A stretch of DNA of 64,000 nucleotides from Macrostomum lignano (lineage: Eukaryota). Below, in pieces: positions 60,861-64,000 of this stretch (position 1 is its first letter; every line of letters starts with the position of its first letter). Below the pieces are notes generated by a model. It searched no databases. It saw only the letters and a program-made list of their open reading frames with translations, and was not told the DNA's origin. The stretch is from NCBI GenBank assembly GCA_002269645.1, contig NIVC01001593.1:115960-179959 (forward strand), in the 5' to 3' direction. The position numbers and the translations under genes are program-made.

Positions 60861-61354
60861 GTCGTCTGCAGGTCTGTCCCTGAAACCAGAAGACAGGCGG
60901 ACAATATTTTAAGATGGGATTTTTTGTATTGTAAATTCAGTATATCGTACGACGTAAAACTGATCTGAGGTGTTTACCTATATGCTTGCATGCATCTGTT
61001 TAATAACTGCTCTAATACTGCTATTTGGTTTTCTATATATAGATGCGTAAGTTATCTATAATTGCGACCTTACCTGATTTGAGTGCCCCCTGCTTCTGAT
61101 GAGCGACTTCACGGATTGGCCTTGCGGAATTGTTGCTAAATATTAAGTTTCAGATCAATAAACCAGATCAGGTGGATATAAGACCCAATATGGATTAAGA
61201 TGAACTCAAGTATCTCAAGTGAGGTGTCTGTTGCTTACGTACCATGCAGTTCCCTCCCTGACCGCTGCTGAGAAGTTTTGCTTAAATAAGGAATAAAATT
61301 CTTTCTTTGAAAGTTAAAATACAGTTTGTACTGCTTGGTTTTTTGTTCATTTTC

Positions 61355-64000
61355 CTCCATGTTTCTCCACAATTCTCCACAATTCTCCACATTTCTCCGC
61401 AATTCTCCACATTGCTCCGCAATTCTCCACATTGCTCCACAATTCTCCATGTTTCTCCACATTCTCCATGTTTCTCCACATTCTCCATGTTTCTCCACAT
61501 TCTCCATGTTTCTCCACATTCTCCATGTTTCTCCACATTCTCCATGTTTCTCCACATTCTCCATGTATCTCCACATTCTCCATGTATCTCCACATTCTCC
61601 ATGTTTCTCCACATTCTCCGTGTTTCTCCACATTCTCCATGTTTCTCCACATTCTCTGTGTTTTTCCACATTCTCCATGTATCTCCACATTCTCCATGTT
61701 TCTCCACATTCTCCATGTTTCTCCACATTCTCCATGTTTCTCCACATTCTCCATGTTTCTCCACATTCTCCATGTTTCTCCACATTCTCCATGTTTCTCC
61801 ACATTCTCCATGTTTCTCCACATTCTCCATGTTTCTCCACATTCTCCATGTATCTCCACATTCTCCATGTTTCTCCACATTCTCTGTGTTTTTCCACATT
61901 CTCCATGTATCTCCACATTCTCCATGTTTCTCCACATTCTCCGTGTTTTTCCACATTCTCCATGTATCTCCACATTCTCCATGTTTCTCCACATTCTCCG
62001 TGTTTTTCCACATTCTCCATGTATCTCCACATTCTCCATGTTTCTCCACATTCTCCATGTTTCTCCACATTCTCCATGTTTCTCCACATTCTCCATGTTT
62101 CTCCACATTCTCCATGTATCTCCACATTCTCCATGTTTCTCCACATTCTCTGTGTTTTTCCACATTCTCCATGTATCTCCACATTCTCCATGTTTCTCCA
62201 CATTCTCCGTGTTTTTCCACATTCTCCATGTATCTCCACATTCTCCATGTTTCTCCACATTCTCCATGTTTCTCCACATTCTCCATGTTTCTCCACATTC
62301 TCCATGTTTCTCCACATTCTCCATGTTTCTCCACATTCTCCATGTTTCTCCACATTCTCCATGTTTCTCCACATTCTCCATGTATCTCCACATTCTCCAT
62401 GTTTCTCCACATTCTCTGTGTTTTTCCACATTCTCCATGTATCTCCACATTCTCCATGTTTCTCCACATTCTCCGTGTTTTTCCACATTCTCCATGTATC
62501 TCCACATTCTCCATGTTTCTCCACATTCTCCATGTTTCTCCACATTCTCCATGTTTCTCCACATTCTCCATGTTTCTCCACATTCTCCATGTTTCTCCAC
62601 ATTCTCCATGTTTCTCCACATTCTCCATGTATCTCCACATTCTCCATGTTTCTCCACATTCTCTGTGTTTTTCCACATTCTCCATGTATCTCCACATTCT
62701 CCATGTTTCTCCACATTCTCCGTGTTTTTCCACATTCTCCATGTATCTCCACATTCTCCATGTTTCTCCACATTCTCCATGTTTCTCCACATTCTCCATG
62801 TTTCTCCACATTCTCCATGTTTCTCCACATTCTCCATGTTTCTCCACATTCTCCATGTTTCTCCACATTCTCCATGTTTCTCCACATTCTCCATGTATCT
62901 CCACATTCTCCATGTTTCTCCACATTCTCTGTGTTTTTCCACATTCTCCATGTATCTCCACATTCTCCATGTTTCTCCACATTCTCCGTGTTTTTCCACA
63001 TTCTCCATGTATCTCCACATTCTCCATGTTTCTCCACATTCTCCATGTTTCTCCACATTCTCCATGTTTCTCCACATTCTCCGCAATTCTCCACAATTCT
63101 CCGCAATTCTCCACATTTCTCTACAATTCTCCACATTTCTCTACAATTCTCCACATTTCTCCATGTATCTCCACATTCTCCATGTTTCTCCACATTCTCT
63201 GTGTTTTTCCACATTCTCCATGTATCTCCACATTCTCCATGTTTCTCCACATTCTCCATATTTCTCCACAATTCTCCACATTCTCCATGTTTCTCCACAT
63301 TCTCCATGTATCTCCACATTCTCCGTGTTTCTCCACATTCTCTGTGTTTTTCCACATTCTCCATGTATCTCCACATTCTCCATGTTTCTCCACATTCTCC
63401 GTGTTTTTCCACATTCTCCATGTATCTCCACATTCTCCATGTTTCTCCACATTCTCCATGTTTCTCCACATTCTCCATGTTTCTCCACATTCTCCATGTT
63501 TCTCCACATTCTCCATGTTTCTCCACATTCTCCATGTTTCTCCACATTCTCCATGTTTCTCCACATTCTCCATGTATCTCCACATTCTCCATGTTTCTCC
63601 ACATTCTCTGTGTTTTTCCACATTCTCCATGTATCTCCACATTCTCCATGTTTCTCCACATTCTCCATGTTTCTCCACATTCTCCGTGTTTCTCCACATT
63701 CTCCATGTTTCTCCACATTCTCCATGTATCTCCACATTCTCCATGTTTCTCCACATTCTCCGTGTTTTTCCACATTCTCCATGTATCTCCACATTCTCCA
63801 TGTTTCTCCACATTCTCCATGTTTCTCCACATTCTCCGTGTTTCTCCACATTCTCCATGTTTCTCCACATTCTCCATGTATCTCCACATTCTCCATGTTT
63901 CTCCACATTCTCCATGTTTCTCCACATTCTCCGTGTTTTTCCACATTCTCCATGTATCTCCACATTCTCCATGTTTCTCCACATTCTCCATGTTTCTCCA
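61355..64000. repeat. 19-bp satellite (CTCCATGTTTCTCCACATT) running off the window end
   Basis: Seen directly. The 19-aa periodicity of the minus-strand ORFs equals 3 x 19 bp. Confidence 0.97.

Noticed and set aside
61235-63991. 918-aa, 610-aa and 595-aa minus-strand ORFs as proteins
   Set aside because: All three frames give the same 19-aa permutation of a stop-free 19-bp satellite, an artefact of the repeat.

Overview
Eukaryotic (metazoan, probably invertebrate) genomic DNA with GT-AG introns, GC-rich exons and a very heavy load of minisatellites and nested transposon relics. There are no prokaryotic features and no CRISPR arrays. Five genes are recognisable, with exon structures whose reading-frame phases I checked by hand: a Suv4-20/KMT5 H4K20 methyltransferase (minus, 4 exons, 6963-9114); an MFHAS1/MASL1-type LRR-ROC-COR Roco protein (minus, 2 exons, 16911-21980; its last exon is hidden in the separate 146-aa ORF); a divergent intronless death-domain+TIR MyD88-like adaptor (plus, 23748-24539) placed head-to-head with the Roco gene; an intronless WAVE/SCAR (plus, 53034-54764); and DNAJB13/RSP16-like (plus, 5 exons, 58145-60860, HPQ instead of HPD). 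A sixth, uncharacterised acidic/coiled-coil gene lies at 37182-40497. Repeats include a ~10 kb array of a 38-bp satellite, a 19-bp satellite with a higher-order period, and about a dozen private minisatellites. Mobile DNA includes three copies of a non-autonomous Helitron carrying two minisatellites and a tRNA-like segment, a three-layer nest (RTE-like LINE > hAT MITE > Helitron) with its insertion signatures intact, a Phantom-like foldback element, hAT-type MITEs, and RT, RNase H and mariner relics. The most notable patterns are (i) sharply bounded CpG-depleted, TpA/CTAG-enriched domains (~9.2-14.05 kb and ~41.5-52.9 kb), seen directly as asymmetric decay between two arms of one inverted repeat, and (ii) the Roco/MyD88-like divergent pair. 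The host is not identifiable from sequence alone. All alignments were done by eye; no database searches were run.
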